From a virus (taxonomy: Duplodnaviria; Caudoviricetes): a DNA stretch of 56,438 nt. Made by a program: the position numbers and the translations under genes. The stretch's first letter is position 1. Each line of letters starts with the position of its first letter. Location of the stretch: positions 1-56,438 of IMG/VR virus record IMGVR_UViG_3300042197_000988; one strand, written 5' to 3'. The notes beneath the pieces are model-generated. The model worked only from the letters and a program-made list of their open reading frames with translations, did no database searches and was not told the origin of the DNA. Of this stretch, positions 13,488 through 22,852 are shown piece by piece.

Positions 13488-13796
13488 CTAGGTGAGGATG
13501 GTGAACGAGGCTGAGTAGCGGGTGACGCCGTTCACCTCGGCGGTCGCACCGTATCCGGTGCATACTGCCGTCACTGTCAAGCCCATGCCGCCGCCGGAGA
13601 TCAACAGTGTGCCGTAGGCTCCGTAGGCAACCGGGATGCCGCCCAGCGTCTCGATCGAAACGTCGCCAGCCTCCGGCGTCCACGCGAAGCCACGGCCCTG
13701 CGGCATGCCGCCGCCGTAGTTCCACGACAGACCAACGACCTGCGAGAATGTCGCGCCTGCGAACGAAACCGAGATGCCAGTTGAGTGCGTTGCCAC
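13488..13796 (-). CDS. Tail tube-like protein, paralog 2 (102 aa)
   Basis: Position before the chaperone; clear similarity to 13817..14185. Confidence 0.6.
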   Translation of the reverse strand: MATHSTGISVSFAGATFSQVVGLSWNYGGGMPQGRGFAWTPEAGDVSIETLGGIPVAYGAYGTLLISGGGMGLTVTAVCTGYGATAEVNGVTRYSASFTILT

Positions 13797-13816
13797 TGGG
13801 GTGCCCCCTGCGGCAG

Positions 13817-14185
13817 TTACACTCGGTCAACCCGGAACGTCGCGGAGCCACGGATCACGTCGTTGACGGCCAGAGTCACCGAACTCTGCGTGCACCGGGC
13901 GTTCGCCGAGAGCGTCAGAGCCCCCGCGATCGTCAGCGTGCCTTCGCTGCCGTCCGTGATCGGGGCGTTCCCGATGTACTCGATGGAGACTTCGCGGCCG
14001 GTGTCCGAGCCGCTGCCGGTCAGCGGGCGTGGCATCGTGGCGACCGCATCGCCGGTGTCAAGGCTGAGGTCGGAGATGTCGATGGTGTCATCGCCGCCGA
14101 CATCGGTCATCGAGTAAGTGATGCTCGTGACGGAGTACGAAGCCCCAGCGAAAGAGAGCGTTGTGCCGGTCGTGTAGGTCGCCAT
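13817..14185 (-). CDS. Tail tube (major tail)-like protein, paralog 1 (122 aa)
   Basis: Follows the tail terminator; Thr/Ser-rich beta protein; IDISDL and final SATFRV resemble tube proteins. Confidence 0.65.
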   Translation of the reverse strand: MATYTTGTTLSFAGASYSVTSITYSMTDVGGDDTIDISDLSLDTGDAVATMPRPLTGSGSDTGREVSIEYIGNAPITDGSEGTLTIAGALTLSANARCTQSSVTLAVNDVIRGSATFRVDRV

Positions 14186-14216
14186 CGAGCGAGTCTCCTA
14201 AGTTTTGATACCCGAA

Positions 14217-14639
14217 CTATTCGTCGATCCAAATGACGTTGTACGTTTGCGTGACTTGGTACACGGGCGGGAGGTCGCCTCCAGACAGCACCACGAAGTC
14301 GTCTGTCTCTTCCGTGAGCCGAACCTCGCCGACACTTACATTGTTGAAATTGCCCGACCACCCATCCAGAACCTTGTTTACTTCGTAGGCCAGTTCCCGA
14401 ACGGCTTCGTACGTCTGGGCGTACAGTGTGAACTCCAGATTCACGCTCTTGCCGCCGACGGCCCCCGCGAGAGCCTGCGTCCGTACCGTGCCGATGCTGG
14501 CTCGGCGGTAGACCAGAAACGGAAGATCCGTGCTGGACGGTGCCAGCACCGGATAAATCCGCGTGCCGCAGAGAGCCTGAACCACGGAAGAATCCAGCAA
14601 CGCCTGCCGGATAACCTGCTCGGGTGCTTTGAGTGCCAT
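14217..14639 (-). CDS. Tail terminator/completion protein (DUF3168-like)
   Basis: GTRIYPVLAP...LPFLVY; canonical position. Confidence 0.75.
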   Translation of the reverse strand: MALKAPEQVIRQALLDSSVVQALCGTRIYPVLAPSSTDLPFLVYRRASIGTVRTQALAGAVGGKSVNLEFTLYAQTYEAVRELAYEVNKVLDGWSGNFNNVSVGEVRLTEETDDFVVLSGGDLPPVYQVTQTYNVIWIDE

Positions 14640-14646
14640 GGGCTTC

Positions 14647-15366
14647 CTACAACTGGCCGATGTTCTTCTTGGCGAGGTAGTCGATCTCGCGAGCCGCCGA
14701 CTCAATAGCGATCCCGAGCTCATTCGCCAGATTCGTCTGCATCTGCGACTTGGTTTCTTCGTAGGACGCCTTGACCGGCGGCTTGCCCGTGCTGCCGCCC
14801 AGTGGCATCGGGGCGATGCGAATCGGCTGACTGCTCTTCATGAAGAACGCCTTCGGATACTTCGGCTTGGTCTGCACCCTGCCGCCCGCCGACGACACGA
14901 TGTTGAACGGGCCGAGGCGATTGAACGAACTGGCGATGTAGCCGCCCTGCTGCTTGACCTCGTGCATGACGCCGTTCTTGCTGACCCGCATGTACCCCTT
15001 GGCCGCCTTCTTGCTGATCATGCGCTCTTTGGTGCCGAACTCGAGGAATCCCTGATGGAACGCCCGGTCCTTGCCTTTGCGGACGCTGCCTCCAGCCGCC
15101 GACTCCGACTTGCCCGACCCAGAGGCGATGTAGCCCACGAGGCCGACAGCGCGGCCATCCTGCGGATACTTGCGGGCGACGAACGCCACGGCACGCCGCA
15201 GGTTGCCGGTTGGGCCGACCGGCGTGTTTGTCTTCAGCCGGTCCAACGCTGGCTTCATCGCCTTGCGAAGTGACGATGCGAAGTATTTCGCGGCGAGGTT
15301 CCCGGGGAGAGCCCGCAGTTGCTCCGCTGCATCGCGTGCCTTGAGTTCCATCGTGATGGCGGCCAT
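14647..15366 (-). CDS. HK97 gp10-like neck/tail completion protein
   Basis: TPVGPTGNLRR, FLEFGT. Confidence 0.75.
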   Translation of the reverse strand: MAAITMELKARDAAEQLRALPGNLAAKYFASSLRKAMKPALDRLKTNTPVGPTGNLRRAVAFVARKYPQDGRAVGLVGYIASGSGKSESAAGGSVRKGKDRAFHQGFLEFGTKERMISKKAAKGYMRVSKNGVMHEVKQQGGYIASSFNRLGPFNIVSSAGGRVQTKPKYPKAFFMKSSQPIRIAPMPLGGSTGKPPVKASYEETKSQMQTNLANELGIAIESAAREIDYLAKKNIGQL

Positions 15367-15680
15367 CAGAGTGTCTCCATGCAGATGGCTTCGTGCTCGG
15401 TGCGGTTCATGTGCTCCAGCAGGCTCATAATCTCCAGCGTGCGGCCCCGCCACTGGAACCGGTGCTGGTGCGTCAGCCCCTCGAAGTACCGCAGCCGGAT
15501 GCGATGCGTGATCGTCACGTTCTGCTGCCCGGTCTGGAGAGCCTCGCGTGCGCTGACGCCATCGACTTTGGCCCAGACTTCGGCAACCGTCTGCCACGAC
15601 AGCACCGCCTCGCCAAGCGAATTCCTCGACTCGGACGATCGCTGGATGGCAACTCGATCGCGAAGCAGGCCGGGGTTCAT
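15366..15680 (-). CDS. Head closure protein (SPP1 gp16-like)
   Basis: MNPGLLRDRVAIQ...WQTVAEVWAKV...THRIRLRY. Confidence 0.85.
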   Translation of the reverse strand: MNPGLLRDRVAIQRSSESRNSLGEAVLSWQTVAEVWAKVDGVSAREALQTGQQNVTITHRIRLRYFEGLTHQHRFQWRGRTLEIMSLLEHMNRTEHEAICMETL

Positions 15681-15681
15681 G

Positions 15682-16338
15682 CTAGTAGGTTCCGCCGTCG
15701 ATGTTCGTGCCGCTGATCGTGCCGCCCGTGATGCTGACGCTGTTCGCAGCCTGTACCGCCATCGAGCCAAGGCCGAGGTTGACGCGTGCCGCGCTGACGT
15801 CCGCAACGTCGGACAGGTTGGCCGCCTTGACGAGTTTTTCGCCGAGGCTCGTCGAGATCGTCGTGGAGAAGTTCGCGTCCGAGCCCAGTGCGGCAGCGAG
15901 TTCGTTCAGCGTGTTCAGCGCTTCCGGGGCGGCCCCGACGAGAGAAGCCACGGCCGCATCAACGTAGCCCTCCGTTGCGTACCCTGTGATGCTCAGTGAG
16001 GCGAGTTCGCTCTGCACATACGCCGTCGTGGCAACCCGAGTCGAGTTGTCGGATGCCGCTGGCGTTGTGGCGGTTGCAGCCCCGAGGCTCGCTGTTCCGC
16101 TGAACGTCACGCTGCCCGAGAACGTGTACGTTCCGAGGGCCGTCTGGTTGAGCGTGTTGGCCAGCCCCAAGAACGCACCCGTGCCTCCGATGTCGATAAT
16201 GCTAGTGCTCGACCCATTGGCACCGCCGGTGCCAGTTCCATACACCAGAACCTGCGAGCCTTCGATGAACGCCAGTTCGGCGTTTTCGAGCGTTGCGGGG
16301 CGGTTGGTCGTTGTGGTGCGCTTGATGCGGATCGCCAC
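15682..16338 (-). CDS. Fibre/whisker-like protein in the neck cluster
   Basis: IRIKR N-terminus, DNSTRVATTAYV, APEALNTLNELAAALG, NLSDVADVSAARVNLGLG, IDGGTY. Confidence 0.75.
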   Translation of the reverse strand: MAIRIKRTTTTNRPATLENAELAFIEGSQVLVYGTGTGGANGSSTSIIDIGGTGAFLGLANTLNQTALGTYTFSGSVTFSGTASLGAATATTPAASDNSTRVATTAYVQSELASLSITGYATEGYVDAAVASLVGAAPEALNTLNELAAALGSDANFSTTISTSLGEKLVKAANLSDVADVSAARVNLGLGSMAVQAANSVSITGGTISGTNIDGGTY

Positions 16339-16361
16339 GGATCGTCTCCTGTTCTGTCCTG

Positions 16362-16592
16362 TTAGAAGTTCCCGCCGTCAACGACTGACGATTCGGGGTA
16401 GTTTCTCCACTTGCCGTTCGACCACCGCAAAAGGTCGCCGTCGTTTTTGCTCGTGATCTCAACGTCCGAGGCAGCGTCGATGCTGGTCACACCGGACGGG
16501 CCTTGTGGCCCGATGCCGCCGGAAACCGAGACGGCGACCGGCTCGCCGCCACTGATCGACACGCTGATGCCGCCCGATGACTGTGTGCTCAT
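16362..16592 (-). CDS. Small fibre-associated protein with short collagen-like motif
   Basis: GIGPQGPSG, SDVEIT...DGDLLRW..GKW, ends DGGNF. Confidence 0.6.
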   Translation of the reverse strand: MSTQSSGGISVSISGGEPVAVSVSGGIGPQGPSGVTSIDAASDVEITSKNDGDLLRWSNGKWRNYPESSVVDGGNF

Positions 16593-16906
16593 ACCGCCTC
16601 CGCGAAACCTTCAAGGATTGTCCTGCGAACCGCTCCGGGTGCGTCCAGCATGACACGCAGGCCAAGCGTGCCGGCCGGGAGGCCGCTCGTCTCGGCCTCG
16701 GACAGCGACAGCGAAGCGACGCCGTTGGCCGCGTCGGTCACCGACACGCTCACCGAAGAGAGCACCTCGCCCGTCACGAGGGAATACATTTCTGCAACTA
16801 CGCCGTAGCCGGCCAGCGAAATGCTGAAGTCCACCGTCACGCCAAGTTCGTCGCCACGCTTGAACTGGACGTTCAGTTTTCCGGGCATGTTCGAGTACGT
16901 TGCCAT
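16589..16906 (-). CDS. Virion structural protein (BppU N-terminal-like)
   Basis: FKRGD...TDAANGVASLSLS..ET; TAATG coupling with the connector gene. Confidence 0.55.
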   Translation of the reverse strand: MATYSNMPGKLNVQFKRGDELGVTVDFSISLAGYGVVAEMYSLVTGEVLSSVSVSVTDAANGVASLSLSEAETSGLPAGTLGLRVMLDAPGAVRRTILEGFAEAV

Positions 16907-17511
16907 TACTGGTACGACCCCCACTTGTGCGAGGCCAACAGTGACTCGACGCTGAAGCCGAGTGGCGTCGCGGTGATTCCGGCACCGACCGCCAACGTCA
17001 TTCGGTTTTCGTACCAGAAGCCAACAAGCATCAGCATCGCGTGCTTGATGGACTTCGGGATGGCGTTCTGGTCTGGGCCGTACCCGGCCCACCACGACAC
17101 CGTGATGCTGTCTGAGTCGTAGCGAGCACTCGGCCAGGAGCCGCTGTACGGCGGCATCACCACGGCTGGCGTGCGGTCGCCGAGCACCCGGTACTGCGAG
17201 GAGGGCAGGGTGACGATGCTGCCCATGGCGTCAGTGTAGGTGATCGTCACGGCCTGAAGCGGCTCTTCCGGTGTGAACGGCGGCCGAGGCAGGGTGATGG
17301 CATGGGGGAAGTAGTCGAGCCGCATCTGCCACTGCGTGCGAATCAGTGTGCGGCCGAGGTGATTCTCAACCCACTCGCGGGCCGTGCCGATGAGCCCCTG
17401 AATCAGTGCGTCGTCGGCCTCAGAGTCAACGCGAACGTGGGCCTTCGTTTCCGCGAGCGACACAGGCTCGACGGGAGGTTGCGTCAATCGCTTCAGGCCT
17501 GTGTATCGCAT
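16906..17511 (-). CDS. Head-tail connector/adaptor (gp6-like)
   Basis: EPVSLAETKAHVRVD..DDALI, IKHAMLMLVGFWYENR. Confidence 0.9.
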   Translation of the reverse strand: MRYTGLKRLTQPPVEPVSLAETKAHVRVDSEADDALIQGLIGTAREWVENHLGRTLIRTQWQMRLDYFPHAITLPRPPFTPEEPLQAVTITYTDAMGSIVTLPSSQYRVLGDRTPAVVMPPYSGSWPSARYDSDSITVSWWAGYGPDQNAIPKSIKHAMLMLVGFWYENRMTLAVGAGITATPLGFSVESLLASHKWGSYQ

Positions 17512-17539
17512 CGCTTCTCCCTGACTACGCCGATGTGAA

Positions 17540-17579
17540 GACGGGCGGGGCTGGAGTGGGCCTCCATGCCCCGCCCGTC
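17540..17579 (-). terminator. Stem-loop after the capsid gene (terminator or attenuator)
   Basis: GACGGGCGGGGC...GCCCCGCCCGTC 12-bp stem; weak U-tail. Confidence 0.6.
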
Positions 17580-17603
17580 CTTGGATCACACGAGGTCGCT
17601 ACT

Positions 17604-18962
17604 TCAGGCAGCAGCGGCCTTGAGGGCGATAACCGGGCCAGCCTTGGTGTTGCTGCCGAGGTCGTGCACCACGATCGCGTTGCGGGTGGTCGCGTAGGTG
17701 GCCGTCTGGTCGTATTCGATGTACCGCTCGGAGGCAGTGCGGATCGAAACCGACCGACGGTCGCCGAGCGTTGCCGCCTGCGAGAGATCGCCGAACAGGG
17801 CGAGCACCTGATCGGCAGTGCCGGTCAGGTCGCTCACCATCGGGTGTGCCAGCACCACGGGAAATCCGAGGAACTGCATCGCGAACCCACCGGCAACGTC
17901 GGCTCGGGTGTTCCCGTTGCTCTGCATCGCGAGCCGCAGAAGAGCCGAGCCGTACCCAGCAGGGCTGATGTACCACTTGGCGTTCCGGCGAGCGAACAGC
18001 GGAAGCCGCGACACCACGTTGGTGAAGTCGAGCAGATCGAGCGTGTCGAACGTGTTGCCGACACCGGCCGTCACAACGCTCTTCGCATGGTTGCCGTCCA
18101 CGATCTTCGTGCAGATGCCGACCGTCGAGTGGTAGGCCGAGGAGCCGTCGCCGATGAAGCCCGAGTTGTCGATGGCTTCGGCGAAAGCCTGGGCCGTCTC
18201 GACGGCGATCAGATCGGCGAGGTTGATCACCGAGTCCTCAAGCAGCGAGTTCGGGATGCGGTTTGCCACGCCCCAGATCTTCGCGTTGAGTTGCACGTTG
18301 TCGAACGTCACGTCGGTCGCCGGGATCTCGACGTTCTCGCCGACCGGCTGGGCCGACAGGCCGCCAATCCGGCGGGCGATCAGCATCGTGTCGCTGGTCA
18401 TCGGCACGCGCCGGACGTTGGCCGGGAACGCACCGTACTCCTCGACGAGCCGGATGATCTGGTTGCTCAGTTCGTCGCTCACCAGATAGCCGCCGAGCGA
18501 GTTGGTCTGTCCGGCTTGAGCACGGGACTCGACGCCGTGCTCGAAGCACCACCGGCGAGCCTCGTCGTCACCGAACACAAACCCGCGAAGGTGCATGCCA
18601 GCGCGATAGGCCCGCTCTTCGGCGTCAGGGCCGGTGAACGCCTTCAGGGTGCCGCTGGCCTTCGGTACGGCGTAGTTCCGCTTCTCCACGGTTGGGTTCT
18701 CCTTGATTTCCTCGACGACAGGAGCCGGGGCCGGAGCAGCACGCTCCAGAACCGCCCGCAGTTCCTTCTCCTTGGCCGCGACCTTCTCGAAGTACTCCAC
18801 TCGATCCTTGTGGAACTCGGCTCGGGCAGAAGCCTCGTCCAGTTCCTTCGACCGCTCGTCGGTCATCGGCTCGCCTTCCGGGGCCGCCTCGGTGATGACG
18901 CTCATCTCCGCGACAGCCTTGGCGAGTTCGTCGAGGTGGTACTTGATCTGGGATGCGGCCAC
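17604..18962 (-). CDS. Major capsid protein, HK97 fold, with N-terminal coiled-coil delta domain
   Basis: GGYLVSDE, SLLEDS.INL, FIGDGS, LGFPVV, LFGDLS; GTG start with AGGAG RBS. Confidence 0.93.
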   Translation of the reverse strand: MAASQIKYHLDELAKAVAEMSVITEAAPEGEPMTDERSKELDEASARAEFHKDRVEYFEKVAAKEKELRAVLERAAPAPAPVVEEIKENPTVEKRNYAVPKASGTLKAFTGPDAEERAYRAGMHLRGFVFGDDEARRWCFEHGVESRAQAGQTNSLGGYLVSDELSNQIIRLVEEYGAFPANVRRVPMTSDTMLIARRIGGLSAQPVGENVEIPATDVTFDNVQLNAKIWGVANRIPNSLLEDSVINLADLIAVETAQAFAEAIDNSGFIGDGSSAYHSTVGICTKIVDGNHAKSVVTAGVGNTFDTLDLLDFTNVVSRLPLFARRNAKWYISPAGYGSALLRLAMQSNGNTRADVAGGFAMQFLGFPVVLAHPMVSDLTGTADQVLALFGDLSQAATLGDRRSVSIRTASERYIEYDQTATYATTRNAIVVHDLGSNTKAGPVIALKAAAA

Positions 18963-19058
18963 TGGATTGCTCCTTCTTGATTCGTGTGATGTTGGCACGT
19001 CTTCACACACTACGAAGTCACACTGCCGTGCTTCCAGAGTCGCAGGAGCGTTCCTTTA

Positions 19059-19238
19059 CTACTTAGGAACAGAACGCCTGCGGACTTCGGCAGAGGGAAC
19101 GACGCACTTGTCGGTGCTTCCGCAGTGCGTGCACCGCAGATACCTGATTTGGTAGTCGCCTCGCGGCTGGCTCGACGCGACATTGAACACGCCTGCCTTG
19201 CAGTGCGTGCACGGATCGCCGGACTTAGTTGCGGCCAT
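19059..19238 (-). CDS. Small zinc-ribbon protein (Ogr/Delta-like, 59 aa)
   Basis: Manual translation MAATKSGDPCTHCKAG...IRYLRCTHCGSTDK; below the ORF-track cutoff; fills the gap between protease and capsid genes. Confidence 0.65.
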   Translation of the reverse strand: MAATKSGDPCTHCKAGVFNVASSQPRGDYQIRYLRCTHCGSTDKCVVPSAEVRRRSVPK

Positions 19239-19938
19239 GTGTTTTCAGGAACTCCTTGAACCGTGCGGCTGACTCGGCGCGAGCCTGCTTGCGTGCTTCT
19301 TCCGCCTGCTCTTCTTTGGCAGCCTCCGACCGGAACGCGTCAAACGACCGGCGGGCAACAGAGGCGTCCGAGTCCGGGTACGCCGGGTAGGTCACAGGCC
19401 CGACGTCATACAGATCGTCGACCTTCGTGACGGTCCTGACTGAGCGGCCGTTCTCGACGCTCCACGACTCGCCATCCTTGCCGACCGTGAACGAAAACGA
19501 CGATCCGCGAACGATGCCCGCCTTGATGTTCGCGGCGAGATCGCGCCCATACGTCGTGTCCGGCACAGGGAACTCGTACCGCAGGCCGACCTCATCCACA
19601 GAGAGCTTCAGCGTGTCGGGGTAGCGGGCCAGCGGAAAATTCGCGTCGTGATTGAAGAGAGCCCGTGTCTCCAAGGATCGCTTCCGGCCGCGCCGCTCGC
19701 GGACGATCCCGAATGCGTTCGGGTCGATTCGCTCCACGAAGTCACCGAGATCGAGGCTGTTCACGCCGAAACGTGCGGCGTACCCGACGATCCAGTCCTG
19801 CTGCGATGCTTCACGGCTTTCCGTGCTGTCGCCGTCTGCCGAGTTTGCATTGCGAGTTTCCACGAAGAGCGTGACGGCTCCGTTGTTCGCCTCTTCGTCA
19901 ATGACAAACGACCTGCGTTCGATGGCGTCTTGGGACAT
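19225..19938 (-). CDS. HK97-type prohead protease
   Basis: GYAARF, LFNHD, GSSFSF, DVGPVTYPAY. Confidence 0.92.
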   Translation of the reverse strand: MSQDAIERRSFVIDEEANNGAVTLFVETRNANSADGDSTESREASQQDWIVGYAARFGVNSLDLGDFVERIDPNAFGIVRERRGRKRSLETRALFNHDANFPLARYPDTLKLSVDEVGLRYEFPVPDTTYGRDLAANIKAGIVRGSSFSFTVGKDGESWSVENGRSVRTVTKVDDLYDVGPVTYPAYPDSDASVARRSFDAFRSEAAKEEQAEEARKQARAESAARFKEFLKTHGRN

Positions 19939-19940
19939 GC

Positions 19941-21236
19941 TCACTCTCCTTCTTCTTGCGAGTCTTGGGCTTCGGTCTGATCTGGCTGGTCTGGTTCTTC
20001 CTGCGGCTGGTCTGGCTGCGGCTGCTGGTTGTCGGCAAGGACGCCGCCCGCAGCCGCCTGCTCGAGCGTCTGCATGTTCAACTGCACAAATCGGATGTCG
20101 CCGCCTTCGATCGGGTTCATGTTTTCCCACGACCGAATCTCGTTCACGCTCGCGACGCCCAGGTTCCAGAGCGTGTTGTAGTACGACGCCCGCGCCTGAG
20201 CATCGCCACGAAGCAGCCCACGGGTGTCGAACTCTGCGAAGTACTCGTCGTCGGTGATGAGGTCGCGTGTGAACGCCGACTCGAATCGCCGCAGCCACGG
20301 CAGGAGCGTGTGCTGCACGAAGTCGATCGACTGCTGTTCGATGTTCGAGAACGAAGAACGCGTCAGGTCGCCGACCAGATGGGGCGGCACGCGAAAGAGG
20401 CGGCAGATCTCCTCGACCTGAAACCGGCGACTCTCAAGAAACTGCGACTCTTGGTTGTTGCCGCCAAGTTCATGGGCCTTCAGGCCGCCCATAAGGACAG
20501 CCGTGCGGTGCGCGCGGTTTGGGCCGAGGTGCATCCGCTCCCAGTTGTCGCGGAGTGCCGATGCGGACTCTGCCGGAAGCGTCTGATCCGTCTCCAGAAC
20601 CACACCTGGACGGGCTCCGTTGCCGAAGTACGACGCCCCATGGATCTCGCAGGCACGGGCCAGCCCGATTGCGTCGCGGGCAAGGTCGGCTGGCACCATG
20701 CCGTTCACGCCGTCGTCGCTCAGCCAGCGTAGGTGCATGATCTGGTCTTGCGTGTAGACCGTCTCGGTGTTGGCGTCCTCACGGTACTTGTAGCGAAGCC
20801 TGCCGTTTTCAAGCCGCTCGACCTTCATGCGGCTCGGATGCAACGCGATGAGTTCCGTTACAGCCCCGCGTGTACCGGCTCGAATCTCGCTGAAACTCTG
20901 GCCGTAGGTGCAGAGGTGGAGCATCTGCTGCTCGCGCCACTCGAAGCTCGTCTGCCATGAGTTCGGAGTTGTGTGGAGCACTCGATAGAGCGGGTGCCGC
21001 GATGCAATTTCTTTGCCGCCTGCCGGGAGGCGGCGATAGAGGTGCAACGGAAGGCTCGCGACCGATTCGGCGAGCACACGAACGCAGGCCAGCACTACCG
21101 TGCTGCGCAGGCTGGAGTCTGGCGTGACGCGAACGCCGGAAGGGTTTGAGCGGCCAGAAAAGCCATCCATGTAATCCCAGTGGCGACGCTGGCTTTCCGG
21201 GAGCCACAGAATGCGTGCTTCTGATTCTGCGATCAT
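19941..21236 (-). CDS. Portal protein, HK97 family
   Basis: ACVRVLAESVASLP, NGARPG, ICRLFRVPPHLVG, SFSNIEQQ, NEIRSWENM. Confidence 0.95.
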   Translation of the reverse strand: MIAESEARILWLPESQRRHWDYMDGFSGRSNPSGVRVTPDSSLRSTVVLACVRVLAESVASLPLHLYRRLPAGGKEIASRHPLYRVLHTTPNSWQTSFEWREQQMLHLCTYGQSFSEIRAGTRGAVTELIALHPSRMKVERLENGRLRYKYREDANTETVYTQDQIMHLRWLSDDGVNGMVPADLARDAIGLARACEIHGASYFGNGARPGVVLETDQTLPAESASALRDNWERMHLGPNRAHRTAVLMGGLKAHELGGNNQESQFLESRRFQVEEICRLFRVPPHLVGDLTRSSFSNIEQQSIDFVQHTLLPWLRRFESAFTRDLITDDEYFAEFDTRGLLRGDAQARASYYNTLWNLGVASVNEIRSWENMNPIEGGDIRFVQLNMQTLEQAAAGGVLADNQQPQPDQPQEEPDQPDQTEAQDSQEEGE

Positions 21237-22852
21237 AGGATCAAGATTCCGGGTTCTGGGACTTCTTCTGGTGGCTTCTGCGAAGACTGAACGCCAAGAG
21301 CCATGACCAAGGCGACAATGCCGTCGATTCGCTCTGGCGACCCCGGCTTCGGCTTCACGGGTCGGATATTGCCAGACGCGTCAACCTTGACCGATGCGTT
21401 GCCTGCCATCCATGACAGGACGAGGTTGCCACCGTGGCGAATCTTCCCTGAAACGATCAAGTTCTCCAGCAGTTTGCTCGGGGCTGACATACTGCCAACC
21501 CCCTGCGAGTAGCCTACAACATCATGCCCGTCCCCTTGCAGTTGCAGGGCGAGTTGCGTGGCGTTCCATCGGTCGATGGCAATCTGCCTGACGTTGTATA
21601 TCTTGGCGAACTCGTTGATGTCTCGCCGCACGACGTCGTAGTCGGTCACGTTGCCGTCCGTGAACTTCAGGCCGTTGGCGTCGCTTTCGGCCCAGATCGT
21701 ATACGGAACCCTGTCACGCCGGTTTCGCTCAAGGGCGTTCTCCCCAGGGATCCAAAATCGGCACAGAACGTCGTAGGTTCCGTCTTCCGCAGGGAAAACA
21801 GCCACGAAGGCCGACGTATCGTAGGTCGTTGCGAGGTCGAGGCCACACCAGCACTCGCGACCTTCCAGCGGCCCCGGTGGCTTGCTGTTGCACGAGTTCC
21901 ACGCTTCCATCTTGATCCATCGCGTGTCCTGCTGCGTCCACATGTTCAGGCGGTACCGCTTGAACGCATTTTCCTTGGTGTTCGAGAGCTGCGCTTCTTT
22001 GCAGTCTTGTGCGAAGTCCTTCGGGTCGATCGTCACGCCCCACGACGGGTTTGCCTTAGGCCATGTTTCTTCCGCCGTCCACTCGTCCTCGGCTTCCGCC
22101 TCGTAGATCATCGGGAAGAAACTCGGATCGTGCCGCCAATCCTGGGCGACGGCTTTCGCGTAACTGTACTGCTCAAAACAGATTGAGTTCCTGTCGTAGC
22201 CTGCGGTCGTGATGCTCACGAGCAGCGGCTGCTCACGGGCCGCGCCGCCGTACCGAAGCGAATCAAAGAGCCTTCGGTCTCTCTGGGCGTGCAACTCGTC
22301 GAACAGCAGGCCGTGGATGTTCAAGCCTTCGGCGCGGAACGCATCAGCCGACAAGACCCGGTAGAAGGAGGACGTCTTCCTGTCCGTGATAGTGCGGCGA
22401 GAATCGATCACCTCGATGCTGTTTCGGAGCATCGGCGATGCCCGAACCATGTTGGCGGCTTCGCGGAACACGATTCCGGCCTGATCGCGGTCGCTCGCCG
22501 CGCTGTAGATTTCTGCTCCTTGCTCTCCGTCGGCCATGAGCAGGTAGAGGCCGATCCCGGCGAGGATCGTTGACTTGCCAGACTTCTTGGCCGTGCTGAT
22601 GTACGCCATCCGATAGCGGCGCAGGTCGCTGTCAATTTTGACCCACCCAAAAAGCTCTTCAAGCATGGTTCGCTGCCACGGCAGCAGCGTGAACGGCTTC
22701 CCGGCAAACTTCCCTTTGCTGTGGCAAAGGAACTTCTCGAAGAACCGAACAGCGTGGCTTCCTCGCCGTTCGTTGAAATAGAACTCAAGCCCCTGTTCGG
22801 CTGCTTCGTTCTTCGACAAACGAGGCAAGCGGATCGCTTTCTCTGTCGGCAT
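21233..22852 (-). CDS. terL: Terminase large subunit
   Basis: AKKSGKST Walker A, LFDELH Walker B, ITTAG, GLDLA, IDGIVALVMA. Confidence 0.95.
   Translation of the reverse strand: MPTEKAIRLPRLSKNEAAEQGLEFYFNERRGSHAVRFFEKFLCHSKGKFAGKPFTLLPWQRTMLEELFGWVKIDSDLRRYRMAYISTAKKSGKSTILAGIGLYLLMADGEQGAEIYSAASDRDQAGIVFREAANMVRASPMLRNSIEVIDSRRTITDRKTSSFYRVLSADAFRAEGLNIHGLLFDELHAQRDRRLFDSLRYGGAAREQPLLVSITTAGYDRNSICFEQYSYAKAVAQDWRHDPSFFPMIYEAEAEDEWTAEETWPKANPSWGVTIDPKDFAQDCKEAQLSNTKENAFKRYRLNMWTQQDTRWIKMEAWNSCNSKPPGPLEGRECWCGLDLATTYDTSAFVAVFPAEDGTYDVLCRFWIPGENALERNRRDRVPYTIWAESDANGLKFTDGNVTDYDVVRRDINEFAKIYNVRQIAIDRWNATQLALQLQGDGHDVVGYSQGVGSMSAPSKLLENLIVSGKIRHGGNLVLSWMAGNASVKVDASGNIRPVKPKPGSPERIDGIVALVMALGVQSSQKPPEEVPEPGILIL

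Noticed and set aside
17406-18980. Long plus-strand ORFs (e.g. 524 aa here, 5199..6434, 25580..26611, 39400..40527, 50395..51570)
   Set aside because: Antisense to well-supported genes; expected in high-GC DNA; no recognisable motifs
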